From: Candidatus Hydrogenedentota bacterium
GTDB lineage: Bacteria > Hydrogenedentota > Hydrogenedentia > Hydrogenedentales > SLHB01
Direction: 5' to 3'
Assembly (NCBI GenBank): GCA_034408725.1
Contig: JAWXCN010000275.1
Location: 1 to 30,206, forward strand
DNA length: 30,206 nucleotides
A program made the position numbers and the translations under genes. The notes under the pieces were generated by a model that saw only the letters and a program-made list of their open reading frames with translations, was not told the DNA's origin and did not search any database. Below, piece by piece: positions 1 through 8,183 of the stretch (position 1 is the first letter of the stretch; each line of letters starts with the position of its first letter).

Positions 1-2
1 GC

Positions 3-446
3 CCGCGTAAACGCGACAAGGAGATTGCGCGCCAGTCGCTGGAAAAGGTTGGGATGCTGGACTACGCCGATCGCCAAATCAGCCAACTTTCGGGCGGCCA
101 GCAACAGCGCGTGTTCTTGGCGCGCGCTTTGGCGCAGCAGACGCGCGTGTACCTCATGGACGAACCCTTTGCCGGGGTCGATGCGTCCACGGAAAAAGCC
201 ATTGTGGTGTTGTTGCGCGACCTTCGCGAACAAGGATGCACGGTGGCCGTTGTTCACCACGATTTGCAATCCGTCCCCGAGTATTTCGACACCGTGATGC
301 TGTTAAATTTGCGGCTGGTGGCGTTTGGCCCCGTGGAGACGACGTTTACCTCGGAGAATCTGAACAAAACCTATGGCGGCCGTCTCAGCCTGCTTACCGA
401 GGTGGGTGAACGCTTGAGGAAGAGCGAATGGAGTGCGCGGCGTTGA
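3..446 (+). CDS. troB: Mn/Zn/Fe ABC transporter ATP-binding subunit (TroB/MntB-like), 5' truncated by window edge
   Basis: Frame open from nt 3; ABC signature LSGGQQQRVFLARAL, Walker B YLMDEPFAGVD, H-loop VVHHDL; upstream of two ABC-3 permeases. Confidence 0.9.
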   Translation, partial: PRKRDKEIARQSLEKVGMLDYADRQISQLSGGQQQRVFLARALAQQTRVYLMDEPFAGVDASTEKAIVVLLRDLREQGCTVAVVHHDLQSVPEYFDTVMLLNLRLVAFGPVETTFTSENLNKTYGGRLSLLTEVGERLRKSEWSARR

Positions 447-1798
447 ACCCGCCCGCCGTACTTATATCGGTCTCCGCGTCGCTTGCGCCGTGGCTGGAAT
501 TTTTCACGTTTCGCGATATTAACCTCCGGCTGATTCTCGCTGGATGCGTGCTGCTGGGAATCTCCGCGGGCGTGTTGGGTTGTTTCGCATTTTTGCGCAA
601 ACGCTCATTGCTGGGCGACGCGCTTGCGCATTCCGCGCTGCCAGGTGTCTGCGCCGCATTCATGCTGACGGGTACGAAGGACCCTGTAATTATCTTGATT
701 GGAGCGACAGTCTCGTGCTGGGTTGGCGCAATCAGCATTGACCTGATTACCAAACATACGCGCGTAAAAGAAGAGAGCGCGCTGGGCATGGTCTTGTCGG
801 TGTTCTTTGGCGCGGGAATTCTCATGCTCACGCACATCCAGCGTAGCGGCAACGCTTCACAAGCCGGACTCGACAAATTTTTATTCGGGCAGGCGTCGTC
901 AATGCTGGACCGGGATGTCTGGACCCTGGCGATCGTGGGGACTATCATGCTTTGCGCCGTAGCCCTAGCGTACAAAGAGTTCAAATTAATTTCGTTCGAC
1001 GCGGAATTCGGAACGGCCCTTGGCTTGCCTACGCGCATGCTGGAAATCGCATTGTCCACGCTGATTGTGCTCGCCGTTGCCATTGGGTTGCAGGCCGTTG
1101 GCGTGGTGCTCATGGCGGCGATGCTTGTCACGCCTGCCGCCGCCGCGCGCTACTGGACTGATCATCTTGGAAATATGCTTTTGCTTTCAGGGTTCTTCGG
1201 CGCAATCAGCGGCGCAATTGGCACGTATATCAGCTATCTCGGGCCGCGGATGCCGACGGGCCCGTGGATGGTCGTCGCGGTGACGATTGTATTTCTGATG
1301 TCGCTGTTGGTCGCTCCCAAACGCGGGATCATCGCACGTGTTCTATTGTTGCGGCGCATTCGCAGGAAGACCGCGGAAGAAAACATTCTGCGGACCCTTT
1401 ATGTAACCGGTGAAAAAGAACAGCGGATGGATGCGCCATCCTCCGTTGCGGAGCTTCAGCAATTTCGCACGATGAACCCCTGGATTCTCGATCGTACGTT
1501 GGACCGGCTAATGGACCGCGGCCTGGTGAATGAAACCAGGGAGGGGTTTTTCGCGCTGACGTCCGACGGAATTGCGCGCGGCGCGCGGTTGACCCGTCTG
1601 CACCGGTTATGGGAGCTGTACCTCACGCGGAAGCTGGAACTGGCACCGGATCACGTCCACGACGACGCCGAAGAGATTGAGCACATCATCACACCGGAAC
1701 TCGAGGCGCTGCTGGTCGCGGCGCTTGACGATCCGGCCGTCGATCCGCATGCGAAAAAGATTCCGCCGGCAATGGACCGGGAATCGGCAATATCATGA
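428..1798 (+). CDS. troC: Metal ABC transporter permease (ABC-3/TroC) fused to a C-terminal DtxR/MntR-like metal-dependent repressor domain
   Basis: LRKRSLLGDALAHSALPG and LFGQ ABC-3 motifs, multiple TM segments; C-terminus has a winged-HTH-like stretch then HRLWELYL...HVHDDAEEIEH of DtxR family; exact start uncertain. Confidence 0.9.
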   Translation: MECAALNPPAVLISVSASLAPWLEFFTFRDINLRLILAGCVLLGISAGVLGCFAFLRKRSLLGDALAHSALPGVCAAFMLTGTKDPVIILIGATVSCWVGAISIDLITKHTRVKEESALGMVLSVFFGAGILMLTHIQRSGNASQAGLDKFLFGQASSMLDRDVWTLAIVGTIMLCAVALAYKEFKLISFDAEFGTALGLPTRMLEIALSTLIVLAVAIGLQAVGVVLMAAMLVTPAAAARYWTDHLGNMLLLSGFFGAISGAIGTYISYLGPRMPTGPWMVVAVTIVFLMSLLVAPKRGIIARVLLLRRIRRKTAEENILRTLYVTGEKEQRMDAPSSVAELQQFRTMNPWILDRTLDRLMDRGLVNETREGFFALTSDGIARGARLTRLHRLWELYLTRKLELAPDHVHDDAEEIEHIITPELEALLVAALDDPAVDPHAKKIPPAMDRESAIS

Positions 1799-2694
1799 GT
1801 CACGCGGTCTGGATCATGTTGGTGGGATCGCTCGCGGCAACTGCATGCGCGCTTGTTGGATGTTTTCTTGTGTTGCGCAAGCAGGCAATGATGGGGGATG
1901 CGATCAGCCATTCGGTGTTGCCGGGGATCGTGCTTGCATTTTTAATTACAGAAAGCCGCGCTCCGATTCCAATGCTTATCGGCGCAGGCTCGTTCGGTCT
2001 GCTTACGGCGTTCCTGACAGGCGCGCTTGAGCGGTATGGCAGGCTGCAACCCGATGCCTCTATCGGTGTCACGTTCACCTGGCTGTTTGCGGTTGGCGTC
2101 ATTATGGTATCCGCATTCACCGGTCAAGTTGACCTCGACGCGGAATGCGTGCTGTATGGTGAAATTGCCGCGTCTCCATGGGACATTTGGCTTGTTGGAG
2201 ATCGTAGCATGGGGCCGCGCGCGGTCTGGATACTCGGAGCGATCACGATCGCGAATTTGGCGTTTGTGACTTTCGGCTTCAAGCACCTGAAACTGTGTTC
2301 ATTCGACCCTGCGCTCGCGAGCGCCGTCGGGATGAATGTCAGCCTTTGGCATTATCTGCTGATGGGCTTTGTGTCTTTGACAACGGTTGGCGCGTTCGAA
2401 AGTGTTGGCGCAATCCTGGTGGTGGCGATGTTGATCGTGCCGGCCAACACGGCTTACCTTCTGACGGACCGGTTGTGGAGGATGATTGTACTGTCCGTGG
2501 TATTCGGCGTAGCGAGTGCCATCGGAGGATACTGGCTGGCGGCAACTATTGACGGATCGATTGCCGGCGCGATGGCGGTCATGAGCGGGGCCTATTTTCT
2601 GATCGTAATGTTTATCTCCCCAAAACATGGCGTCATTGCCGGGTATATAGCGCGGCGGCACCCGTTTGCGGCGGCGGACGCCGTTGTTGAGTAG
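1795..2694 (+). CDS. troD: Metal ABC transporter permease (ABC-3/TroD)
   Basis: LRKQAMMGDAISHSVLPG, VLYGEI, VGAILVVAMLIVP; ATGA overlap with upstream stop. Confidence 0.9.
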   Translation: MSHAVWIMLVGSLAATACALVGCFLVLRKQAMMGDAISHSVLPGIVLAFLITESRAPIPMLIGAGSFGLLTAFLTGALERYGRLQPDASIGVTFTWLFAVGVIMVSAFTGQVDLDAECVLYGEIAASPWDIWLVGDRSMGPRAVWILGAITIANLAFVTFGFKHLKLCSFDPALASAVGMNVSLWHYLLMGFVSLTTVGAFESVGAILVVAMLIVPANTAYLLTDRLWRMIVLSVVFGVASAIGGYWLAATIDGSIAGAMAVMSGAYFLIVMFISPKHGVIAGYIARRHPFAAADAVVE

Positions 2695-2702
2695 TCCCGC
2701 GC

Positions 2703-2731
2703 TTGACACCTGAATCCCCTCCCCTCATAAT
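2703..2731 (+). promoter_or_regulatory. Sigma70-type promoter for the protease operon
   Basis: TTGACA (2703-2708) - 17 nt - CATAAT (2726-2731), about 110 nt upstream of ATG 2840. Confidence 0.7.
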
Positions 2732-2839
2732 CCGGCGATGGCGCATTAGCCGACTCAATCCAGACTGCCAATGGTGTTTGCCGGTCTGCGAGGCGCCCAG
2801 GCGCTACCCTGCTTGTAATGACCACACGAGGTACCGTAC

Positions 2840-4876
2840 ATGAAGCCCTTCGCCGTCCGTTTCTTTGTTTCCGTTGTGTTTATCAGCATGGCGTGCGGCG
2901 CCCAGGAAGTGCCAGAATCCGTGCGCTCCGCGGTGGATGTTGCGATCGCGAAAGTTAAGCCCGCGTTGGTGCGGATCGGTGTCGTCTGGACCGAATACAG
3001 CGAAGGACGCGAACAAAAATTCGAGGCTACTGGCAGTGGCACGATTATTACGGGCGAAGGACACGTGGTGACGAATCATCACGTGGCAGGCCATGCGACC
3101 CGCATCTTCTGCACGCTGTCCACACGCGAGATTATCGAAGCCGATCTGGTGGGCACCGATCCGCAAACCGATATTGCGGTGATTAGGCTCAAGTCTGAAG
3201 GCGGCCGGATATTTCCCACGGCGGAATTTGGCGATTCCAACAGCATGCGCGTTGGGGACCATGTGCTGGCAATGGGAAGTCCCATGTCGCTCTCGCAAAG
3301 CGTGACACTTGGCATTATCAGCAACGCCGAGATGGTCATGCCCGCGCGCCGTTTCGGGTCGTTCACACTTGATGGCGAAGATGTCGGCTCACTGGTGCGA
3401 TGGATTGGGCATGACGCACCGATCTACGGCGGAAATTCCGGTGGTCCCCTGGTCAACCTGCAGGGCCAGATAGTCGGTGTAAACGAAATCAATGTCGGGC
3501 TCGGTGGGGCAATCCCGGGTAATATGGCCCGCGACATTTCCAAGCAGCTCATTGCGAGCGGAAAAGTGGAAAGGGCGTGGCTCGGCCTGAATTTACAGCC
3601 CCAACTGAAATCCAATGCGGGCAAGGGCGGCGTGCTCGTGCGCAACACGATACTCGGTTCACCGGCGCATACTTCGGGCTTTCAGCCTGGCGATTTGCTG
3701 TTGCGCCTTGCGGGGCAAGAGATAAACGTACGGTTTGAAGAGCAAATGCCACTCCTGAATGCGAAAGTGGCGGGGTTGACGGTAGGTCAGGCTGTTGACG
3801 CGATCATTGTGCGCGAAGGCAAAGAACAGACTCTCTCGGTGACGCCGGGCCGCTATGAGGAAGTCGAACCCCGCCAGAATGAAATAAAAGAGTGGGGGAT
3901 GACGGTGCGTAACGTCTCGTTCGTTAACGCGCGGGAAATGAAGCGCGAAGGCACGGACGGTGTGCTTGTCACGTCAGTGCGATCGGGTGGCCCAACCGGA
4001 GAAGCGAAGCCGGACATCCGCGGACGCGACGTGATAGTGAGCGTGAACGGCGAACCCATCAAGGATGTCGCCGCGCTTAAGGAATTTACGGCAAAACTTC
4101 TGGACGGCGACAAGGAACAGGTCTCTGTTCTGGTTGAGTTTGAGCGCAAAGTCGCGCGCTATGTAACGGTCGTTGACGTGGGAATCAACGAGCCACCCGA
4201 TCCCGGCAAGGACGTCGAGAAAGCCTGGCTGGCCCTCGACACGCAAGTCATTACGCGCGACATGGCCACGCAACTTGGTAATGATGAGTTGCGCGGGTTC
4301 CGCGTGATTCAGGTTTACCCTGGCACGACGGCGGAAGCCGCCGGGTTTAAGGTGGGTGATTTGATCTACGCGGTGGACGGCGAACCCCTCGAAGCCGCGG
4401 CGCCGGAAGATTACGAAGAGCTCTCGGCGCTGGTACGCCAATACAAGATCGGATCAACGGCCGAGTTCTCGATTCTCCGCGGAGAGGAGAAGTCGGCGGT
4501 TTCGGTCGAGCTAACGGCGTCCCCCCGATTGGCGCGTGAAATGAAGGAGTACGAAGACGTCGAGTTCGAGTTTACAGTGCGGAACCTCACATTCCTTGAC
4601 AAGGTGAAAGAGAAATGGCCGGAAGATAAAACGGGTGCGCTTGTCACAAAGCTCGAACGCGGCGGATGGGCCGATATCGGAGAGCTGGACGTAAATGATC
4701 TCATCGTTAAGATCGGTTCAACGCCGATTACGAGTAGCGAGGATGTTGAGAAAAAGATGACCGAGTTGAAAGAGTCGAAGGCGAAGACCGCCGTGTTTCT
4801 TGTAGAACGCGGCATCTATAGCGCGTTTCTCGAAATTGAACCCAAGTGGGACACCGCGTCCGCTGGAAAGGAATAA
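2840..4876 (+). CDS. Exported DegP/HtrA-family trypsin-like serine protease with four PDZ domains
   Basis: Signal-peptide-like N-terminus; triad motifs TNHHVA (His), TDIAV (Asp), GNSGGPL (Ser); four PDZ-like units (GFQPGDLL, IRGRDVI, GFKVGDLI, LDVNDLI); GAGG RBS. Confidence 0.9.
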   Translation: MKPFAVRFFVSVVFISMACGAQEVPESVRSAVDVAIAKVKPALVRIGVVWTEYSEGREQKFEATGSGTIITGEGHVVTNHHVAGHATRIFCTLSTREIIEADLVGTDPQTDIAVIRLKSEGGRIFPTAEFGDSNSMRVGDHVLAMGSPMSLSQSVTLGIISNAEMVMPARRFGSFTLDGEDVGSLVRWIGHDAPIYGGNSGGPLVNLQGQIVGVNEINVGLGGAIPGNMARDISKQLIASGKVERAWLGLNLQPQLKSNAGKGGVLVRNTILGSPAHTSGFQPGDLLLRLAGQEINVRFEEQMPLLNAKVAGLTVGQAVDAIIVREGKEQTLSVTPGRYEEVEPRQNEIKEWGMTVRNVSFVNAREMKREGTDGVLVTSVRSGGPTGEAKPDIRGRDVIVSVNGEPIKDVAALKEFTAKLLDGDKEQVSVLVEFERKVARYVTVVDVGINEPPDPGKDVEKAWLALDTQVITRDMATQLGNDELRGFRVIQVYPGTTAEAAGFKVGDLIYAVDGEPLEAAAPEDYEELSALVRQYKIGSTAEFSILRGEEKSAVSVELTASPRLAREMKEYEDVEFEFTVRNLTFLDKVKEKWPEDKTGALVTKLERGGWADIGELDVNDLIVKIGSTPITSSEDVEKKMTELKESKAKTAVFLVERGIYSAFLEIEPKWDTASAGKE

Positions 4877-4879
4877 CTC

Positions 4880-5842
4880 ATGGCCCACCGTATTCTTTGC
4901 GTTGCGACTCTACTAGCCTTCGGTTTGAGCGCGGTCGCGCGCGCCGACGAGCTTGCAGACAAAGGGCGCGCCGTGCTTGAGAAAAGCAAAGCGAGCGTTG
5001 TTACGATACGCATCGTCGTCAAACAGCAGATATCGATGCCCCAGTTTGGCTCTCACGAGGAAGAAATTAAATCGGAAGCCACGGGCACGGTCATCGACCC
5101 GTCCGGGCTTACGGTGCTCTCGCTGAATGCGACCGATCCAACCGCGATGTTGGAAGACATGATGAGCGCGGGCGGCCGTGAGGGCTTCGAGATGAAGAGC
5201 ACGATTAGCGATCTGAAAATCCTGCAAGACGATGGCGCCGAAATTTCCGCGCAGATCGTATTGCGTGATCGCGATCTCGACCTGGCGTTTCTGCGGCCGG
5301 TCGAAGCGCCAAAGGAGCCTCTGCCGGCGTTGGACCTCGCCCAGGCCGTTGCGCCCGCGATGCTCGATCCTATCATCACCCTTAATCGTCTGGGCCGCGT
5401 GGCAAGCCGCGAATACGCGGTTTCCATCGAGCGGATCAACGCCGTTGTGACGCGGCCACGGACGTTTTACGTGATGGGCAATGATCCTTCGCAAACGAAT
5501 CTCGGCTCACCAGCATTGAATGTGGACGGATTGCCCATTGGCATCTGTGTCTTGCGGACGGTGCGCGGCGGCGATAGCGGCGGCAGCATGGGAATGTTCG
5601 GCGGGCAGGAAAATATGTTGGCAATCATCGTCCCTGCCGCGGACGTATTGGAAGTCGCCAAGCAGGCGCCGCAGGTCGGGGAAGAGGCCAAGGAAATTGG
5701 CGCCCCGCCCGCGGAAGAAAAGAAAGACGAAGAGGCCCCTTCCGACGAGCCAAAACCCGATGAGCCAGCGGCGGAAGAGAAGCCGGCGGAGGAATCTCCG
5801 GATGGCACGATCAAACTGAAAGCGGAAGACCCGGCAGCGTAA
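4880..5842 (+). CDS. Exported trypsin-like (S1C) protease homolog, probably inactive, with acidic Pro/Glu-rich tail
   Basis: Signal peptide ending ARA; ATGTVIDPSGL, DRDLDLAFLR and LGSPALNVDGLPIGI align with S1C blocks but His and Ser motifs are absent; AAGGA RBS; 3 nt after upstream stop. Confidence 0.75.
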   Translation: MAHRILCVATLLAFGLSAVARADELADKGRAVLEKSKASVVTIRIVVKQQISMPQFGSHEEEIKSEATGTVIDPSGLTVLSLNATDPTAMLEDMMSAGGREGFEMKSTISDLKILQDDGAEISAQIVLRDRDLDLAFLRPVEAPKEPLPALDLAQAVAPAMLDPIITLNRLGRVASREYAVSIERINAVVTRPRTFYVMGNDPSQTNLGSPALNVDGLPIGICVLRTVRGGDSGGSMGMFGGQENMLAIIVPAADVLEVAKQAPQVGEEAKEIGAPPAEEKKDEEAPSDEPKPDEPAAEEKPAEESPDGTIKLKAEDPAA

Positions 5843-5852
5843 ATCACCGCAC

Positions 5853-5906
5853 AAAAAACCGTCGTCCGCTACCGGGTTCAACACCTTGTAGCGGACGATT
5901 CATTTT
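5853..5906 (-). terminator. Intrinsic terminator between convergent genes (rpmB side; possibly bidirectional)
   Basis: 11-bp stem TCGTCCGCTAC (5862-5872)/GTAGCGGACGA (5888-5898), flanked by A6 on the left (U-tract on minus strand) and TTCATTTT on the right. Confidence 0.75.
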
Positions 5907-5945
5907 ATCGCTAACGCGCCGGATGGCGACGAGTACCAAAACAGT

Positions 5946-6209
5946 CTATGCGGATTTCTTGACCTTCGTGAGGCCTTTCGTCGCTTTCACAAACTTGCCG
6001 GCTTTGATGTAGCGGGCGCAAACGCGAATGGTTTTTACGGAGCCGTTTTCATCAATTACGCGAATTTTCTGGAGGTTGGGTTTCCAGCGGCGTTTGGTAA
6101 TGCCGGTGACGTTCTGGCCGATACCGCCAGAGCGCTTCGCCTTGCCGCGGCGCACGACGCGCATACCAGTTTGCGGGCGTTTGCCGCTGTAATCACAAAC
6201 ACGAGACAT
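5946..6209 (-). CDS. rpmB: 50S ribosomal protein L28
   Basis: MSRVCDYSGKRPQTG...TKRRWKPNLQ...IRVCARYIKAGK; AGGAG RBS upstream of ATG 6209 (the track's longer start at 6350 is unlikely). Confidence 0.96.
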   Translation of the reverse strand: MSRVCDYSGKRPQTGMRVVRRGKAKRSGGIGQNVTGITKRRWKPNLQKIRVIDENGSVKTIRVCARYIKAGKFVKATKGLTKVKKSA

Positions 6210-6336
6210 GTCATCACTCCTGTCATCCGTCACGGTGTCTGGAAACCACGTGACACGTTCGGGTATACTTTCAGAACGGAAGCGGGAAAGACTAGCATAT
6301 TCCCGGCCCCGGTTCAAGGAAGGCTTCAGCCTGTTC

Positions 6337-7149
6337 ATGCGATCCTCCATTACTCAAATTCTGCCTATTTGCGCGCTGTGCCTTGTGGTATTGGGTTGCC
6401 AGACGGCCGAACCGCGACAATCCATGTCGCCCGGCGTACCGGCTGGAGCGCCGAATGTCGCGGACATTATTGCGTCATTGCAAACGAATGACACCGCACT
6501 TAGCAATTTTCGCGCGGCGGGCACGTTGACCTTGGAATCACCTAAATTGAAATCCATCCAACGCTTCCCCTCCGGAATTGTCGCGTACCGGCGTCCAGCG
6601 GACCTGTACGTCGTCGGTAAGAATGCGCTCGGCGCAACCCTGTTCAAGTTGACAAGCCGCGACGCCGAATTTCTGATTGAGTTTCCGGCGGTATCGAACA
6701 CGGATGATCGCTATTATTACAGTTTCGAGGGCGAACAATTTGCCGATGTGCCATTCAGTGTATTGCCCGCGGACGTCGCCCGGGAAATGTTTATGCCCGT
6801 GGACTGGGATACGGTGACGCAAGATTCGGCGCGACTGACGGGTTACGACCCGCAGTCTGGTGAGGCGACAATAGAGATTGATTTATCGCATGGGCTTACG
6901 CGCAAACTGACGGTTCGTGGTGAGCCGTGGGTAATCGTGGGAAATGTGTTGCGCAATAGCGACGGTTCCCCACTCAGCGAAACCCGTTTGAGCGATTTTA
7001 CGGAAAACAATGGCGTGCGGTTTCCGGCGCGGTCAGAGGCGTGGTTTCCGATTGAGCGCACGCGCCTTTCATTTGATCTGCGCAATATCCGAATCAATAC
7101 GGAACTCGACGCAGCACTCTTCAACATTACATGGCGGCCAGGACAATGA
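6337..7149 (+). CDS. Putative lipoprotein, LolA/LolB-like beta-rich fold (DUF4292-like)
   Basis: MRSSITQILPICALCLVVLG-C lipobox; C-terminal NGVRFPAR...IRINTELDAALF pattern typical of LolA-like proteins; family call is tentative. Confidence 0.6.
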   Translation: MRSSITQILPICALCLVVLGCQTAEPRQSMSPGVPAGAPNVADIIASLQTNDTALSNFRAAGTLTLESPKLKSIQRFPSGIVAYRRPADLYVVGKNALGATLFKLTSRDAEFLIEFPAVSNTDDRYYYSFEGEQFADVPFSVLPADVAREMFMPVDWDTVTQDSARLTGYDPQSGEATIEIDLSHGLTRKLTVRGEPWVIVGNVLRNSDGSPLSETRLSDFTENNGVRFPARSEAWFPIERTRLSFDLRNIRINTELDAALFNITWRPGQ

Positions 7150-8183
7150 AAATAGCACTTAGCGAACTAATGCCCGCCGAGATTTCGGAACGGCTATCCT
7201 TAAAGCCATTTCAGGGCAAGCAAATATTCCGTTGGATTCACCAAAAGAAAGTCTTCGGATTTGACGAAATGTCGGACTTGTCAAAGGAGTTACGCGCGCG
7301 GCTCGATGAGACCTGCTTGGCGACGCAACTCGAACTGCTCCACATGTCGGCTTCACCGCGCGCCGCGGGCACAAAAAAGGCGTTGTTCCGGCTGGCGGAC
7401 GGTGAGACGGTCGAGTCTGTTTTGATCCGCGAAAAGGATCGCACCACGCTCTGTTTATCGACGCAAGTGGGGTGCGCCGTGAAATGCACCTTCTGCGCCA
7501 CGGGGCATTCTGGGTACACGCGCAATCTGAATGCGGGCGAAATAATCGAACAGGCCCTGCATCTTCTCAAAGATGAGAATCTGGAAGGGCGGACGCCCAA
7601 TATTGTCTACATGGGTATGGGCGAACCCTTCCGAAATTATAAAGCGACCGTTAAAAGTATCCGGCTGCTGATGTGCGCTGAAGGTCTGGGGATCGGCGCG
7701 CGCAGGATTACTGTGTCAACGGTGGGGGAAGTGGCGGGTATAGTCCAATTTGCCAATGAGGATTGGCAGGTACGTTTGAGCGTTTCATTGCACGCGGCGA
7801 ATGACGCCAAACGGTCCGAGCTTATTCCACTTAATCGAAAATACCCCATTGTGAAGTTGATGGACGCGATCCGCGATTACATGGAAAAAACGGGTAGGCA
7901 GGTTACTTTCGAATGGACCCTGCTAAACGGTGTGAACGATTCCATCGAAGACGCGAAGGAACTAGCCGCATTGGCGGCAAAGATTGAAGCGCACGTCAAT
8001 CTGATTCCTTACAATCCTGTGCAAGACTTGGGCTATGCGCCACCGCCGCGCGAACGCTGTGAGGCGTTTCGTGATGCGCTCGAGCGTGCCGGTGTATCGG
8101 CGACTTTGCGTAAAGAGAAAGGGCAGGACATTGACGCCGCGTGCGGCCAATTGAGACGTCACGTGCTTGCTTCGACGACCTGA
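7146..8183 (+). CDS. rlmN: 23S rRNA (adenine2503-C2)-methyltransferase, radical SAM
   Basis: CAVKCTFC (CxxxCxxC), MGMGEP, SLHA, NLIPYN, DIDAACGQL; ATGA overlap with upstream gene. Confidence 0.96.
   Translation: MKIALSELMPAEISERLSLKPFQGKQIFRWIHQKKVFGFDEMSDLSKELRARLDETCLATQLELLHMSASPRAAGTKKALFRLADGETVESVLIREKDRTTLCLSTQVGCAVKCTFCATGHSGYTRNLNAGEIIEQALHLLKDENLEGRTPNIVYMGMGEPFRNYKATVKSIRLLMCAEGLGIGARRITVSTVGEVAGIVQFANEDWQVRLSVSLHAANDAKRSELIPLNRKYPIVKLMDAIRDYMEKTGRQVTFEWTLLNGVNDSIEDAKELAALAAKIEAHVNLIPYNPVQDLGYAPPPRERCEAFRDALERAGVSATLRKEKGQDIDAACGQLRRHVLASTT

Noticed and set aside
394-1131. 245-aa antisense ORF and similar long shadow ORFs (e.g. 18433-19128, 19816-20502, 29408-30130)
   Set aside because: Antisense to well-supported genes; expected in GC-rich coding DNA
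2733-2810. Fluoride (crcB) riboswitch suggested by GGCGATGG...GCC
   Set aside because: The conserved 3' element and pseudoknot pairing are poor, and the downstream gene is not a typical fluoride-response gene
6208-6350. Overlapping N-terminal extensions of rpmB and the lipoprotein given by the ORF track
   Set aside because: RBS and signal-peptide evidence place the starts at 6209 (-) and 6337 (+), leaving a normal divergent intergenic region
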